From assembly GCA_030141605.1 (NCBI GenBank), contig JAQGDQ010000199.1, forward strand, positions 341,104 through 405,103: a DNA stretch of 64,000 nt. The letters are read 5' to 3'. The notes beneath the pieces were generated by a model. That model was not told the DNA's origin. It worked only from the letters and a program-made list of their open reading frames with translations, and ran no database searches. The position numbers and the translations under genes are program-made. The stretch comes from Tubiluchus corallicola (taxonomy: Eukaryota; Animalia; Priapulida). Shown one piece after another: positions 41,604 through 63,302 of the stretch; position 1 is the first letter of the stretch; every line of letters starts with the position of its first letter.

Positions 41604-43197
41604 AGCTCACAGCAGAACGGAGACAACGATTTTATCTTGAAAATAAATACTTAAAAGAGCAGCATCCAGTTTTTGATCACAACTTAAAACTATCTGACTT
41701 CTAAAATATGGAAAAGAGTGTTATAGTTTTCTGTGAATGGTTAACACTAAAAAGCCATTTTTCTCGAAGTCTAATTTAGATTATTATTTTCTTTTGAAGG
41801 AACTATCAGTCATACATGCTTACATGTGCAATAGTCCGAGCTTCTCGAAATTGAAAAGTTAACTTAATCATGACTCCGCGGCACGCTCGCGAGATCACGC
41901 AATAGCCCAATGATAAACCTGAAATTTGAAATAGTTTTAGCGTAGAATTTGCCGAGTTTTGTGTTTTCAGAGTAACAAAGCAGCACCGTCGTATTTCGAT
42001 TTTTGCTTTCGCAAAAAGGTAAAGATACACATCCGTTGTTAAGAAATTGTACAAGTATAGTATAAGTAGTAGTATAGTTTACTGACTATGAATACAATGA
42101 TTGGTACAAAAACCGGGGTAGCTGAAAATAATAAAATTTACAGTTCTTTAGTATTTTAGTTAAGAATTAATCACAAGTGGGCCACTTAGTATTTAAAATA
42201 AAACGGTTGTTCTAATTTTATGCAATAGACAAAGCGGTTATACATTGTAGTTTGATATCTTAAACGAACAGCAAATATTAATAAAACTACTCTTTTCAGT
42301 TTTGAAAAGATTCTAACACTTAAAAACAGATTTCAAATACATGATTGCACAGTGTTCACCCTAGGATATTTTCTTCTAGTTTCTCTAGTCAAGTTGCAGT
42401 CCATTAATACACGTTTTTCAGTTTGTGTCTCTTCGCATTTACATAGTTTCTGGTTTCTATTTTCACCGTCTCATCTACCGGTCTCAATTCTTAAATTGTA
42501 ACGCTTGTAACTTTAGTCGAGAGAAAGGTATGCGGTTTTCTCTATAGTATTCTCTGGTATGTTGGCATTTTGAAGTTCGGGTTAAATTCCTTGTAAGCCA
42601 TACGTTTGGTAGAGCTACTGCTGATAACTTTTTCCTTTCTCATTGACCGCTGGTAAGTTTCTCGGACATTTTGCTAAGTCACTACTACACACTGACTCGC
42701 TATTTCATATGCTTCGAACAATGTCTGATGTTTCTCAGGAGAGTTTGCCATTTACTTTTTGCATAACTATGACGACATTGTTAGTTTCACTTGCTAACTG
42801 TTAATCAAGTGTCTAAATCTAATACTTAGTCATCAGGAACGTCGTGCTAATTATAGTAGTAATAATGTAAGTCAAAATGATGTAATGGGCTGCATCATTG
42901 TTCTGTTTTTGCATTGTTTTAATCGTTGTTAGCATAGAAGAACGTGCTATTAACCTTGAATTTATTTAATAGGAAATTGATAATGAGTTTATAAATTAGC
43001 TTAGCAGGAGACAGCTTATGGTGTAACTGGTCGTGCACTGAAGAGTGAAGACACTAATTTTATTTATAATTTATTGCAATCAAATAAGTTGCGTTACGCT
43101 GAAACCTTCGTGTATTGGTTGATTTGTCTTTACATGAGACTTGTGCTGTGTTGATTGTGCAGTGAAAAAAAAACTGGTTAAAGAATAATCATTAGCG

Positions 43198-43977
43198 AAA
43201 CAGTAAAGAATTGTGTAAAATGTGGTTACGATAACAATGTGTTTATTTTACTTACAACATTGGGTTTTTGGTGATAAACAGTAACGAATTGTGTAAAATG
43301 TGGTTACGATAACAATGTGTTTATTTTACTTACAACATTGGATTTTTGGTGATAAACAGTAACGAATTGTGTAAAATGTGGTTACAATAACAATGTGTTT
43401 ATTTTACTTACAACATTGGACTTTTGTTGGTAAACAGTAACGAATTGTGTAAAATGTGGCTACAATTACAATGTGTTTATTTTACTTACAACATTGGATT
43501 TTTGGTGATAAACAGTAACGAATTGTGTAAAATGTGGCTACAATAACAATGTGTCTATTTTACTTACAACATTGGATTTTTGGTGATAAACAGTAACGAT
43601 TTGTGTAAAATGTGGTTACAATAACAGTGTGTTTATTTTACTTACAACATTGGATTTTTGGTGATAAACAGTAGCGAATTGTGTAAAATGTGGCTACAAT
43701 AACAATGTGTCTATTTTACTTACAGCATTGGATTTTTGGTGATAAACAGTAACGAATTGTGTAAAATGTGGCTACAATAACAATGTGTCTATTTTACTTA
43801 CAACATTGGATTTTTCGTGATAAACAGTAAGGAATTGTGTGAAATGTGGTTACAATAACAATGTGTTTATTTTACTTACAACATTGGATTTTTGGTGATA
43901 AACAGTAGCGAATTGTTTAAAATGTGGTTACAAAAACAATGTGTTTATTTTACTTACAACAATGGATTTTTGGTGAT
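43198..43977. repeat. 78-bp minisatellite, 10 copies
   Basis: Unit AAACAGTAACGAATTGTGTAAAATGTGGTTACAATAACAATGTGTTTATTTTACTTACAACATTGGATTTTTGGTGAT; starts at 43198, 43276, 43354 and onward. Confidence 0.95.
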
Positions 43978-44147
43978 CGTATTTTTAGCCAAGCTATAAA
44001 TTTATTTTCCCAAGACAAACAGTATAAAATCATAATAAACAGTTTCACCATTTAGTTTAATACTTCGAAGTCATAATTTTAACAACAAATTCAACGCTTT
44101 TAGCACAAGAATGGGGTTAAATCACGTCACTAAATCATCTAATAATT

Positions 44148-44282
<135 letters not shown>

Positions 44283-46090
44283 TTATAAGAAGCCTAGATT
44301 AGTAAAAAAAACGCCTGTTAAAGGTAGTCATACCTGCTTTCTCAGATATCTGTTAAGAAAGCGGTTGCTGGTAATAGGTTGCACTCGAATTTTACAATCA
44401 AGAGATTCATATTATAGTAAACAAAAAACGTATGGTTACACAAGCGAAACGAATCCGACATTGAAGCCAGACGGTTTAAGTGTTGCAATTTTAAGCAGCG
44501 TTTTCACATAGTCCGTTACTACGATGCTAGAAAAAGAATTTTATAAAGAACATATAAAAGCATTTTGCAATTTTTAATTCAACTGATTCACAAAAAAAAC
44601 AGATTTTCCGACAGGTTTCCCGATTTTAGGATTTAGTGGTGGAGCATGTGTGCATACATACACTTTATTTGCCATAAAATAAATTACAATAAAATTACAA
44701 TCCTCAGTGTTAAAAATATTTTCAATACTAAACTGTTAAAGGCAAATCAGTCTCGTGCTGGTGCCAAACTATGAACTAATGGTGCACAAAAATTAAAACA
44801 AAAGCAATTACATACATAGATACAATAGGTTCGTAATACTGTACATAGGCACCATACAATAAGTAAAGTACATAATAACATTAAGACTTAACTTATATCA
44901 TTTATTATAATATACATATAATACATAACACAGTGCACAGTACAATGAGTAAAATACATAAAATACTCATAGTACATAATACAATTAGTGAAATACATAA
45001 TAAACGTAAGAGAAAATTTTCATCAATTATCAAAATATACACCTTATATTCGTATACAACATCTTACAAAAGTTACTTGTACACTGTTTTCATTTACGAA
45101 TTATGAGTTGCGAATTTATAATAATTAACGAAATTTCTCTTTCAGTAATTGGGGACGTGGGTATGCAAAATTTGAATTACAGAAGTTAACGTAATTTACA
45201 TGCGTTGATTTTTGAAATCTACCTAGTTGGTTTTGTTTCAGTTTCTTTTTAAAAACAGGTAGTGACTCTGGTTATTTGATAATAAAATCGTAACTCTAGA
45301 AATGATATCATTGCTGTAAAACATCAAAAGGCAGTTCGTTCAATACGTTTTGTCTTCGCCTGCTATCAGTTGAACAAACCGAACAACAGAATAATGTTAA
45401 TATTTAGTACTGTGCCGTTTCATTTATCATCACCAGTTTGATCATTAATGCATCATTACTGCTGATTTTTACTATAAAAATTAATTTCTCTCCTTCAAAA
45501 AGCTTCATTTTGCTACAGTCGCATATATAAATCGACAAGCATTTTAGGAAACATCAGCTTTAGCAAATTTTGCCAAAAATTGACGTGCTATTAAAACCAC
45601 TAAAACAGTTATTACACATTCCCTGCAATTGCTTTAATTCCAGTAACTTTAGTACACAATGTAACAAGTTGATCACTTTGTAAATCACCTGTAAAATTAA
45701 CATTTCTATTTATCTGCTTTCGAGTTCTACTTTCAAATTCTACAAAACTATTTTTGGTTTAAGACAGACTTTTGAATTAGGCCTACCCACTGTACAGTAT
45801 TTTTGCATACGATATGGTACACAAAATTTCATACTTACTAGTAATTCTTTGTTGCTTCTGTTACTCATTAGCATCAGCATTAGGTATGATATTTAATAAT
45901 GATGACATTTAGTTTTAGTTTCAAAATCACAGCTATGATCATAAAAAAGAATTATGTCAGAGAAGACTAATTTTCATGTTCGAGTTTAAGACTAGTTGCC
46001 ACATAAGCAGCATTTGCTGTTAACTCAATGTGATTCCATTTCACATGACATTAGAGAAGTTTTGAGAGCTCCAGACAACAAACTAACACT

Positions 46091-54448
<8,358 letters not shown>

Positions 54449-54839
54449 GTTTTTACCATGCTCTTCTGTTAAGCTATACGTACATATAACATATACTGTT
54501 CCACTTAAACCATTAGGAGGCCATGCTTATCCAAGGATTGCAACAGCTGCGAAAATAATTTCAATTCGCTTTTGTATGTACACTTCCACCAATATGGTTA
54601 CAGATGTGTCGTTGAACAGCATTGAATATAACTCGATTGCTGTACGTAACTATGCTTAAATGGCAGTAAAGCGTTGACACTCTAAGGTTGGCAAGACTAC
54701 AGAAATCGACTACACAGATGCACAGTAGGCATCCACTCACTTTGTAATTTTGGAATGCTCAATTCGTTATTTACAGATTATTACCATTATATAGTAATAC
54801 TCGATATTTATTTATTTATTTTTATTTTTATTCTTTGTT

Positions 54840-55270
54840 CTTTATTTCAGCTTGTAGACATACTCTTAAGGCATAAATATGACTATAATTACTAAAATAA
54901 TTAATTATGAAAAACACAAGTTTACAATTACAATTTACAGAATAGATAAGAAGACAAATTAGTTAAACTATTTATAAAAATGACATACATTAAAAGTACA
55001 TTAAAATTTATACCATTGGGCAAAAATTTTGAAGCATATAAAAACATAACTATTGTATATTACACGTTTTAACAAACCATTACGAGAGTTTAAAACACGA
55101 CATCTAAGATTTAGCACACATTTACGCAAAATAACGTTAATATCATTTTCTACACAGATTGTAGAAGCTCGCATACCGTATCTATATTTGAAGAATTTTA
55201 CCGTAGCTGTGTGGTAAGCAGACTTTAGCTTATTAAAATTGTACAAGAAATATTTCTTTAGCAAGTAATT
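54840..55270 (-). mobile_element. 3' remnant of a related LINE
   Basis: NKLKSAYH..KFF..ASTICV..VILRKCV..RVLNSRNGL parallels NKLKVAHN..RKFF..ARDISV..VIYRKSI..RISNSKNLL of the intact element. Confidence 0.65.
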
Positions 55271-56545
55271 TGCAGAGACTACAAATACCTCCCTCTTATG
55301 CCCAACGTTTGCTAATACAAAGCAAATAACGAATGCTGCTATCTATTGAGACTCTAGTTATAACATGCCCATTTGCTTGTCCAGCGTTTTTTCAGTTATT
55401 TAGAGTTACAGCAAAACTAACCGTTCAAAATTTGTTATCTGGGCCTCTTCTCTTCTCCTTTCTGTAGTACCTAGGTACTCATTAAGGCTCATTGCTCCAG
55501 ATCAATGCCCCTTCAAAAGGCAGGTCCGGGAGGGCTCTTGGTGGTGCGTATGCCACAAGCATGTCGCCCCGGTAGTTTTGCCCTGCCTATCCCTATTGTA
55601 AATTTATCGTTGTTTATGTATTGAGCAGGTCTGATAATTACTTGTCGTGTATTAGAAACATTATTAAACTACTTTATACGGTGTCATTATTAATTAAATC
55701 TATTTGCATGGCGTTTATATTCACGCAGGTTGCGCAACTGCTTGTCATTGTAATACCTTGCACCTGTTCGTTACGTGGCATTTATATAAAATCTGAGCTC
55801 AGTAAGTGCCTGTGGTGTGTTATAAAATGTGCCCTGTGTGTGCCTACATAGGTATACACATTTTCCGAGGAGAGTAAGAATGTTTTCTAAGATGTGACGC
55901 CCCTCATTTTCCTGTGACGTCCTAGGCTGTAGCTTAGTCTAATAATCATGTTATTGTCATTTCTTCTCATCCTATCTAAATAATTTATAATAATAGAGAA
56001 GATTGTTTAAGTTACGGTAACAGTTACGCTACTATTCATAATTTTCACTTTTGTCTGTTTTTAATTTTTGCAAAACTTAGTCAAGTCACACAAAACAACA
56101 GAAACACAAAGGTTATACGGTTTCAAAAGACAATGATTTTTCAATGACAATGACAAAAGACAAAGACAAAGACAAAAGACCATAAAATAATATATTTTTA
56201 AGAAAAAATACACTGCATGATTCATTGCATTAATTTTTTTCTTTTGAAGGGGTTCTTGCTCCAGACAACATATAAATATCAACAGAAATAGGTTTTTCTT
56301 GGCACGTAAGAAGTACTTTCACATTAGAAGTTGACAAGACAAGTGTACACGTAAAATTCTCTTCAAGAACGTTATTATACTGCTACGCAACTCTGAAACT
56401 GTGAACTATTGAAAAATCTTTTCTTCCAAAATCACTGGTAAACTGTACGTAATAGCAGGAATTATTTTGATCTTAAATGAAAAAACAATCATTGAACAAT
56501 ATTCATTGTATTTTAGCATACCCTTAAAAATGTTGAAATAATTTC

Positions 56546-57247
56546 AGGGCCTGTTTCAGGGGGGAAGTGGGGATACTTCCCCGGGGCCTCACCCTCCAGG
56601 GAGGCTTCGCCCCGAGGTAACTTTTTTTGCTTTATGCGAACATACTGCCTCCTCTCTCCCTCTCTCTCTCTCTCTCTTGCCGCACGCGCGCCGTTTGCCT
56701 TGTACGTGTTAACGTGTTTTATGTGATTTTAGATTCAGTTTTAAGTGGCCTATCGCGGCGGTTTCAAGCTTTAGATCAAATTTGTGAGACGTTCGGTTTT
56801 TTGTGGAAATTTCATATTCTTGAGGAGAGCGATCTCAGAACCATTGCCACAAATTTCCAAAAAAAGTATTCAAAACATGTGTCTAGAGATGTTGTAGATG
56901 AAACATGCTTTTTGAATCGTATTTTTGCCGAGAATTTTAAAGATTGTACGATGCCAAAAAAATTGGTGGACCGAATTATTGCAGTGAAACTAGTCGAAGT
57001 CTATCCAAATATTATCGTCGCACTTTGCATTTTCTTATCAATGCCAGCTTCCATTTCGTCCGGTGAACACTCTTTCAGTGCGTTAAAAAATATCAAAACC
57101 GACAATCGTTCGACGATGACCCAGGATCGGTTAAACGGTCTGTCATTTATTCGAATGAATGTGGATGTAGCAAAATGCCTGGATTTTAACAAGTTAATTG
57201 ATAACTTTGCGAAACAAAAAGTCAGAAGATGCCTAGTACGGAAGTGA
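56546..57247 (+). mobile_element. Internally deleted hAT transposon retaining the C-terminal dimerisation domain (ZMYM1-like)
   Basis: EVYPNIIVALCIFLSMPASISSGEHSFSALKNIKTDNRSTMTQDRLNGLS..DFNKLIDNFAKQK. GC-rich CAGGGCC... putative left end at 56546. No catalytic N-terminal part. Confidence 0.8.
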
Positions 57248-57263
57248 GAGTACGGTCTTTTGT

Positions 57264-57527
57264 TTTTGTTGGCATCCTTCTGTCTCGGAAGACGTGTGCG
57301 CCAAGAGAGTCAGTTATTGATCACATCGATGGAGCTGCAGCGTCAACTGTGGCTGAGCAGTCCGATCCTTGAACGTCTCCAGGGCGCACGCCTGGGCAAC
57401 GTGTATGGAGATTCTGAGTTGCCCAGGCAACAGGAACCCCTTCTCTTCCTCCCTGGTGTAGTCCAAAGGAAAGCAGAGCGATACGTTTGCCACCAGGTTG
57501 GCTGCAGGAGCTGCCGGAGTCAGTGAA
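57264..57527 (-). mobile_element. Short non-autonomous RTE-like retroposon, copy 2
   Basis: Aligns with 34775-35037; the minus-strand 3' end has the hairpin-like GTCTTCCGAGAC followed by AGAAGGATGCCAACAA. Confidence 0.75.
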
Positions 57528-58622
57528 CATGCTGCAGTGGTCCGCCTTCGGGGCCCCACTCCTGATTTAGAAGGTTTACTCCTCTACACATGGCGGTTGG
57601 GTCACTTGACCTCCTCCGCCCTCTAGCCGTTGGCTGCTTGTGCAGCTCCTCCGCCTAGTATCGAGATACAGTGTGGGCATTCCGCATCCCGAGTACGGTA
57701 TTACATATTGCAAATATGTTGTTTTTGATTTGACTATTTGACAAGTATTAAGGACTGGTCTTGAGAATAAAGCAGTTTTTCTTTTAATTGTTCTTTCCTT
57801 TAACAACTGTATGACTCCAAATTTTCTCTTCGAAAATGAAATTACTACATAAACTACAAAGTGCATGAAATGCTTTGCTTGAAAGAGGAAAAGAAATTTA
57901 AATCATTGTATCTCCCGCCAAACGAACCTGGCTGCAGGCATAATTGAAAAAAATGACATAAGATGGAGGACAGCACGAAAGCACACACAACAAAGCTTCT
58001 GCAGTTCACTATATTCTGTTCACCGTAAAGAAACAGAAATTCTGTATGTATTGCCAGTTAACAACTGGTTTAAAATATTTTGTGTTTTGTTACTTTAATT
58101 GAATATGGTAAATAAATAAATAACTTAAATTAAATTCAGACTGACTTGAATATTTCTGCTTGATTACCTGACTTTCTTTCCTAGTCAAAATTATGACTTT
58201 TCGTGTGACTTTTTTCTTGTGACTTTATCACCCGTCACCCAGTACATCATGGGGTCTTTTTGTCATTTACTATGTATTGTATTTAATGTATAATGTGTAT
58301 AGTGTGTAATATATTCAATTTAAATTTATGAAATGCATTATTGTAATTAAAATTTCACTTGTGTTTCATCTTAAATGTAATTCTATTTTACTCTAACAAC
58401 AATATTGCTAACAACAGTTTCCTTTATTCCTTGTAACATAATGTGTATTTTGCCATTCCTGATGTACAATTTTAAAGCATCACAGAATTTTATTATTATT
58501 AAATGAAACATTTTGTGTAGAAAAAGCAAGCCAGTTGCCTGTACTGCAGTGTCCTTACTAAGTGTGACTAGGTGAGTACTGAGATGTGAAAACACTTGCC
58601 TGTCTGCCAGCTGAATCCTTAA

Positions 58623-59284
58623 AGCACAAGAAAGCCCTCCACTTACATAAAGTTTAAAACGTTCCTCTTGAAATTTCGTATCACTTACGTACTGCCTTTT
58701 TGCATACAGGACTTGCGTAGGCAGTAACACTGTATAAAACATGTAGATTTAAACTCCCGCAAGGACCGCTAGACGCAGCCATTTTGGCGATAAGTCATTT
58801 GAAAGAAGTTAAAATAACATTGTGTAAAGTTTGAAAAAAATAATCAGTGCATTTGTAGCGCACACGTCAATAACTAAGTAAAATTTTAAATTTCAGTCAA
58901 TAATCTTGTCAATAAGATTAAAAATACTTTTTGGCCAGTGTATGGTGCACCCTGGAGGGTGAGTCTGTGACATTTTACCAATTAGTGAAAACATTTTAAA
59001 TAAATAATCATTTTCTTTTCCAGTTACATAAGTCTTTCAAGCAGGTAAGCGAAATGCTAAGTAACACAACTTTGCATTTTCGGACATAGTTTAAAGGTAT
59101 CCTTTTGATTTACGTTGTGCGTATATGACGTCATGTAATAGCGCCGTCGGAACAGTATTGTGAGAGATTTAACATGAAAACAAATAAAACTTCCTTTTAA
59201 CGCGAGTACGCTACATGCATAAAATTGCTCTAAAGTAATATAATTTTTTAAGGCGATTTTGCTGAAACCTACTTTTCTTGTTCT
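58623..59284. mobile_element. TTAA-flanked non-autonomous DNA transposon (Kolobok-like), copy B
   Basis: TTAA|AGCACAAGAAAGCCCTCCACTTA ... TTTTCTTGTTCT|ATAA; collinear with 877-1538. Confidence 0.7.
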
Positions 59285-59639
59285 ATAATGCAATTTACGT
59301 AGGAGAGAATTTACACTTGGTAATCAATCCTGACATGGCTTGAAAAGCTTCCCGAGGACAGAACCATTGCAGTGCAGAGGGGTGGGGCAAAGCTGAGTGA
59401 GGATTTGAAAGTTTCTTTCAACAGTAAAATTTTTGTTTGCATTCATAATTACATAAGGTGTACTAAACGTTTTAACGTTCCCGTTTATGTGTTAATAGGA
59501 AATTTTAAGACAGTTTTTGCTATTATTTAATTGTTATATTATTCATTATGTCAGGTCTGCTAAGTTTGTATGCATATGTCTTTGTTTATATGTATTTGTA
59601 TGTATGTATATCTATTTGAGTTCATTAGTATTTATATTG

Positions 59640-59920
59640 TTTTATATATTCTGTACTTCTGCTTGTACATAGTGAGGATTCATGTATCAATTTTAAAAAC
59701 TGCCTATTTTGAAATATATAAACTGTGTTTAAAGTAAATGATTGCGTTAATTCAAGCAGAGCTAATCCTTGAAAGCAGCTTGCAGCAAGATTTTTAGAAA
59801 CAACTGATTTATACTCTTCTTTTAATGATTTACCAATTCATGCACGTAAAATCAATAATGTTCAAAATTTCAAATCATTCCTTAAAACTTATTTTTATAA
59901 AGAAGCCTTATTGACTTATG
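59640..59920 (+). mobile_element. L2-like LINE 3' remnant
   Basis: FNDLPIHARKINNVQNFKSFLKTYFYKEA-type terminus followed by an AT-rich tail. Confidence 0.45.
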
Positions 59921-60077
59921 CATTTAACTACGGCTGATTTTTATATACATGTAGTACGATTTTAGTTTTATTTATAACAGCCTATTGTGTATGTACTATT
60001 TATGTGTTAATATTTTAAGTATGTAAAATGCATTTGTCCATTTTTAATGTTAATGCCTTTTAAATATTCATAAATTA

Positions 60078-60185
<108 letters not shown>

Positions 60186-60239
60186 TTTATACCTGCATAC
60201 TAACTAACGGCGCGTTCAGACTAAAGAGTCTTCTTTTGA

Positions 60240-60920
60240 GTGTTCTCTCTGAGAGTGAACTCGCAAGTGTGAACGGCTTTGTGAGTTCTATCCACAGATT
60301 ACTGCAAACTCTCCGAGAGTTGACGAGGGTTCTCTCTGAGTGTAAACTCGCAAGTGTGAACAGCTTTGTGAGTTCTATCCGCAGATTATTGTCAACTCTC
60401 CCAGAATTGCCGCGAGTTCTCTCTGAGAGTGAACTCGCAAGTGTGAACGGCTTTGTGAGTTCTATCCGCAGATTATTGTCAACTCTCCCAGAATTGCCGC
60501 GAGTTCTCTCTGAGAGTGAACTCGCAAGTGTGAACGGCTTTGTGAGTTCTATCCGCAGATTACTGCAAACTCTCCGAGAGTTGCCGCGAGTTCTCTCTGA
60601 GAGTGAACTCGCAAGTGTGAACGGCTTTGTGAGTTCTATCCGCAGATTACTGCAAACTCTCCGAGAGTTGCCGCGAGTTCTCTCTGAGAGTGAACTCGCA
60701 AGTGTGAACGGCTTATGAGTTCTATCCGCAGATTACTGCAAACTCTCCGAGAGTTGCCGCGAGTTCTCTCTGAGAGTGAACTCGCAAGTGTGAACGGCTT
60801 ATGAGTTCTATCCGCAGATTACTGCAAACTCTCCGAGAGTTGCCGCGAGTTCTCTCTGAGAGTGAACTCGCAAGTGTGAACGGCTTATGAGTTCTATCCG
60901 CAGATTACTGCAAACTCTCT
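60240..60920. repeat. 87-bp minisatellite, ~7.8 copies
   Basis: Unit GTTCTCTCTGAGAGTGAACTCGCAAGTGTGAACGGCTTTGTGAGTTCTATCCGCAGATTACTGCAAACTCTCCGAGAGTTGCCGCGA. The last three units carry a 2-bp shorter variant. Confidence 0.95.
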
Positions 60921-61186
60921 TCTGCGAGTTTGAACGCAGGTGTGAACGGTTTTCACTTGTTCTCTTTAAGTATCTTGCAGACGAGCTCCATTCATTGAGA
61001 GAAAACTCTCCAGCCTAAGGGCGCAGTAAAGTCGTAATTCGAAAACTGAGTTGTGCAAAGAAACGTATAAATAGACGTGTTAGATGTGCACAACAGTTAG
61101 ATGTGTTATTAACCAGAACGTTTCAATATAAAAGCTAAGGTGACAAACAGATACAACCACAAAGGACTGATGGTTTCTTTAACTGA

Positions 61187-62134
61187 CTAGCAGTGTAATA
61201 ACGTTCTGCGGTCCATTTTATATAATTCAGCTAACCTATGCGGTGAATAGCCAAAAACGTCAAAATCTTTCTTAAAAATAGCAGTTAACTCTGCAAAAAC
61301 ATCAGGTGTCAACTGGCAATAATATTTCTTTAAAAGCGCGCTAGTGGTATTCTGTTTTTGCATGATATAGCCTGTTTCGGCTTTTGTTGGAAAAGTAATG
61401 TTAGGATTCACATTTAACTTCTTTAGTACATAAGCTGCTTCTCTTTCGATATATTCGTATTTACCGATAAAATCATACTTTATGCCGCACACGTTACACA
61501 AATCAAAGATAGGCGTCCAATGCATATCAGTCGGTGACGAAGACTTGTGTTCCTCTATTATATACATGACAAACTCTAGAAATGTTGGTGGCTGGGCATC
61601 GTAATTGACCATGGCTTCTTTATTGCTGCTAAACGTTCCTCTTTTTCGCAATATTTTCAATCCCACAGAACGTCGATAAATTGAATCATTTCCACTTATG
61701 CCAAGCATTTTGTTTCTGTAAGCTGAGAGAACTCTTTCCATTGGGTGTCTAGCAAATAAGAACTTGTAACTTGAATTAAACAACTTGGTTGTGTTCTCAA
61801 ATGTCCTGTTTTGCTGCGAAAGGTACCATTTGGAATCCTTGTGATACAAATGAGCAGAGGAGAATTCAATGTTCTGCAAATTGTGGTATCGCTCAGGTTG
61901 AAGAATTGTCATAAATAATCGTTTCCAGTTTGTATTGCCAACTTTAGGAACTGAACAATAGACAACACTAGGTGATTTCAACACTATCAACCTGCTCGAC
62001 CAATTGAAAACTGATGCATCGTAATTACTTTTTCTATACCTCTCACATGTTTTTTGTATCAGTTGCTGTCTTATTTTATTCAAGCGCGTAATGTTTTCTG
62101 CTTTGTTTTCTGTGTAACGTACTGTTTTTAATTT
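61187..62134 (-). CDS. Sulfotransferase paralog 2, catalytic exon
   Basis: ORF 61187-62146 containing both PAPS-binding motifs. Confidence 0.92.
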   Translation of the reverse strand, partial: KLKTVRYTENKAENITRLNKIRQQLIQKTCERYRKSNYDASVFNWSSRLIVLKSPSVVYCSVPKVGNTNWKRLFMTILQPERYHNLQNIEFSSAHLYHKDSKWYLSQQNRTFENTTKLFNSSYKFLFARHPMERVLSAYRNKMLGISGNDSIYRRSVGLKILRKRGTFSSNKEAMVNYDAQPPTFLEFVMYIIEEHKSSSPTDMHWTPIFDLCNVCGIKYDFIGKYEYIEREAAYVLKKLNVNPNITFPTKAETGYIMQKQNTTSALLKKYYCQLTPDVFAELTAIFKKDFDVFGYSPHRLAELYKMDRRTLLHC

Positions 62135-62744
62135 CTGAAAAAACAACAGAATAACTTTAGTCGCAAGGCTTTAGCTAAACTATTTTGTATGAAAATAGTA
62201 ATATATATTGCTAGAGTCGTAAGATAAAATAATGAAGCAAAGAAATATTTAAAAATTAAGTCATTGAGGGTTCTTACAGGAATGCGATGCTTTCCAGATG
62301 CTGCGATTAGTTTTTCTGAGATAGCTCCGTTACCTGAAATATATACGTGTTATGTTAGACATTTCGCGAATTAAGCTTTAACATACAATTTTATGTTGTT
62401 ACTTATTTATGTAAGAAGATCAACCAAAAGAAGCCTGATACAAGCATTGCCGAAAAACAGTTTTGACTGCAAGGCTTTTGCCAGTAATTTTAAAGCATGT
62501 TACTCTTTCCTTCTCGCTCTCTCTTCCTCCCTCTGCCATCACTCTCTCACTCACACACAAGCGCACGCGCACGTACACGCATGCACGCAGACAGACTCAC
62601 ACACACACACACACACACACGTACATGCACACAGACTCACACGCACACACACACACACACACGCACGCACGCACACATACACACACACGCGCGCGCACAT
62701 GCACACGCACACGCACACACACACACACACGTACATGCACACAG

Positions 62745-62786
<42 letters not shown>

Positions 62787-63236
62787 GCACGCACGCACGC
62801 ACGCACGCGCACACACATACACATACACACACGCACACGCACACGCACACGCACACACACACACACACACACACCCTCAGCCATCTCTTTCACGCACTGT
62901 CACTCTCAATGTCTCAATTTGTGTGCCCCTTCCCATCATATTATGCTACCTAGTGTTCATAGAATGTGCTTAGCAGAGTTCTTTTTCTGTTTAGTTAAAT
63001 TTGGTGCCGGTTTTTTTCACTAGGCAAAAATTAGTTCCTGATGGCTTGCACCAATAAAATTAGATTAGGTTATATTAAGATAAGACTAGTTATAGGCTAT
63101 TTTGGTTATTATAAATTGGTACTAGACTAGTATTAGTATTAGTGTCAGTGTCAGTGTCAGTGTCAGTGTCAGTGTCAGTGTCAGTGTCAGTGTCAGTGTC
63201 AGTGTCAGTGTCAGTGTCAGTGTCAGTGTCAGTGTA

Positions 63237-63302
<66 letters not shown>

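Noticed and set aside
43198-43977. 78-bp array as CRISPR-like
   Set aside because: Plain tandem minisatellite with no spacers.
58383-58742. 119-aa ORF with faint resemblance to a P-element transposase tail
   Set aside because: It straddles the boundary of the TTAA-flanked element, and its GGL motif comes from that element's terminus.
60236-60718. 29-aa leucine-rich-repeat-like ORF
   Set aside because: Translation of the 87-bp satellite; no ATG start, and later units break the frame.
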